From Halarcobacter sp. (GTDB taxonomy: Bacteria; Campylobacterota; Campylobacteria; Campylobacterales; Arcobacteraceae), in contig CP182352.1 of the NCBI GenBank assembly GCA_048571215.1, forward strand, positions 3,296,001-3,360,000: a stretch of 64,000 bases of DNA. Reading direction: 5' to 3'. Within the stretch, counting starts at the first letter, position 1; each line of letters opens with the position of its first letter. The translations under genes and the position numbers were made by a program. The notes under the pieces are model-generated. The model was given only the letters and a program-made list of their open reading frames with translations, was not told the origin of the DNA and did not search any database. Positions 62,637-64,000 of the stretch are shown in pieces.

Positions 62637-64000
62637 TTAATTTAAATGATATTCCTTTAAAGAATAAAAAGATTGTTTTTTAAGCTCAACTCTATCAAAC
62701 ATATCAAGCATATTGGTATAGTTTGGATGTAGGGTTCTATCAATAAAAAGATCTCGTCCTTCTAAAATAGCTATAGCCTTATCAAGTTGAGTTTTACCAT
62801 AGACATCATAAAGTGAAGTCTCATAATCATCCCAGTTTAGTTCAGCCTCATGCATTCTTATTAGTTCAGATATGATATCAGCTATTTTATTATTGCTAAA
62901 CTGTAGTTGTTGCCGTGCTTCTTCCATCCAAGCTAAACTTAAAAAAAGTTGCGCTTTAAACTCACCCAAAGTAAAATTGTTTTTAAAAATAACACCAATA
63001 TATGCTTCAATATCTAAAGAATCATCTAGGGTTTCTATTGCATCTAAAATATCATTTGTGTCATAGTTTTCAAAATTTAAAACCATATCACGAATCCATT
63101 TACCACTATTTTTATTATTGTAGGTTAAATCTTCTATAGGATAAACCTCTGAAACTTCGGGGACTATCATTTGGCAAGAGTAAAACCCTAAATAGTTATA
63201 TTCTCTTAGATAAATCTCTTTATCCATTTTATTTAAAATATCTAATAAAAAATCATACTCTTGCACGCTACCTTTGCCTTTATATTTCCAAGGTGCAAAT
63301 TCAAAACTCTTTTTTGCACTTAGAAACTTAAAGCCTAGTTTTCCAGTTGAGTCAATAAAGTGTGATTCTATATTGAAACTATCACTTACTATACTCATAT
63401 CAAAAGTGGGAGCTGCAAAGTCATCAAGTTTGTCTATATCTCTTCCTTGCATAAGTTCTGTCATAGTTCGCTCTAAAGAAACCTCTAAAATAGGATGTGC
63501 TCCAAAAGAGACAAAAAGTGTTGAATTTTTGGGATTGATAAGTGAGATAGCTGTTACTGGAAATTGCCCATTAAGTGAAGCATCAAGCACTTCAACTATA
63601 TAACCTAACTCTCTTAGTTTTTTCACATCCGCAAAAACTTTTGGAAATGTTTCTAAAATCTCTTGTGGAAATTTTGGTAGGGCATAACCTTTTTTGATGA
63701 TTTGAATCTTTGTATATCGTTCAAATATCTCACTTAGTGCTTGAACTTTGGCTTCATGGGGCGTATTTCCTGTAGCTAAACCATTGCTAACATATAGATT
63801 ACTTAAAATATTGATTGGAATATATATCTTTTCTTGATTTGACTGCTTAATAAAAGGTAGAGCTACAATCTTATCTGTATAATCACTATTATAATCAATC
63901 AAATCCTCTAGGTTTAATTCCCCATTTGGGTTATAAATAGCATTTAATTTTTTATTTAAATATGCCCCACCAAACTCAAATGCTACTTCATCTGGATAAT
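62637..64000 (-). CDS. YcaO-family protein (5' end beyond the window)
   Basis: SNGLATGN, QALSEIFER, FGAHP, ERTMTELMQGR; frame stays open to the window end (YPDE...IYNPNGELNLEDL). Confidence 0.9.
   Translation of the reverse strand, partial: YPDEVAFEFGGAYLNKKLNAIYNPNGELNLEDLIDYNSDYTDKIVALPFIKQSNQEKIYIPINILSNLYVSNGLATGNTPHEAKVQALSEIFERYTKIQIIKKGYALPKFPQEILETFPKVFADVKKLRELGYIVEVLDASLNGQFPVTAISLINPKNSTLFVSFGAHPILEVSLERTMTELMQGRDIDKLDDFAAPTFDMSIVSDSFNIESHFIDSTGKLGFKFLSAKKSFEFAPWKYKGKGSVQEYDFLLDILNKMDKEIYLREYNYLGFYSCQMIVPEVSEVYPIEDLTYNNKNSGKWIRDMVLNFENYDTNDILDAIETLDDSLDIEAYIGVIFKNNFTLGEFKAQLFLSLAWMEEARQQLQFSNNKIADIISELIRMHEAELNWDDYETSLYDVYGKTQLDKAIAILEGRDLFIDRTLHPNYTNMLDMFDRVELKKQSFYSLKEYHLN

Noticed and set aside
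63902..64000. Apparent late start or frameshift in YcaO
   Set aside because: Rechecking the C4 run shows the frame is open to the window edge; the gene is simply truncated by the window.

Overview
AT-rich chromosomal window from a Campylobacterota bacterium, most likely Arcobacteraceae (16S sequence, Ile-Ala rrn spacer, gene complement). From 1 to 31 kb it is mostly core genome: pyrE, frr, secG, one complete rrn operon, rpsU, moaC, peptidoglycan peptidases, surE, dnaE, recJ, pyrG, ccoG. Embedded in this part is a divergent patatin-plcP / GT4 locus whose 77-bp spacer holds two back-to-back Pho-box-like promoters, a candidate phosphate-starvation lipid-remodelling module. From 31 to 42 kb is a proline-utilisation locus: stand-alone RHH regulator, unknown protein, Liv-type ABC transporter, putA and an FMN glutamate-synthase-like gene. 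From 43.1 to 59.7 kb is an integrase-free 16.5-kb tricarboxylate catabolic island bounded by a 45-bp direct repeat built on a palindrome. It carries tcuAB, a TctAB fusion, two TctC proteins, a TctDE-like two-component system, PrpF, an RraA-like aldolase and a porin. Six of its promoters share a 17-bp box placed exactly 10 nt upstream of a -10 hexamer. A frameshifted IS256 with an 8-bp target duplication sits inside the island. All calls come from reading motifs by eye; no database searches were run.
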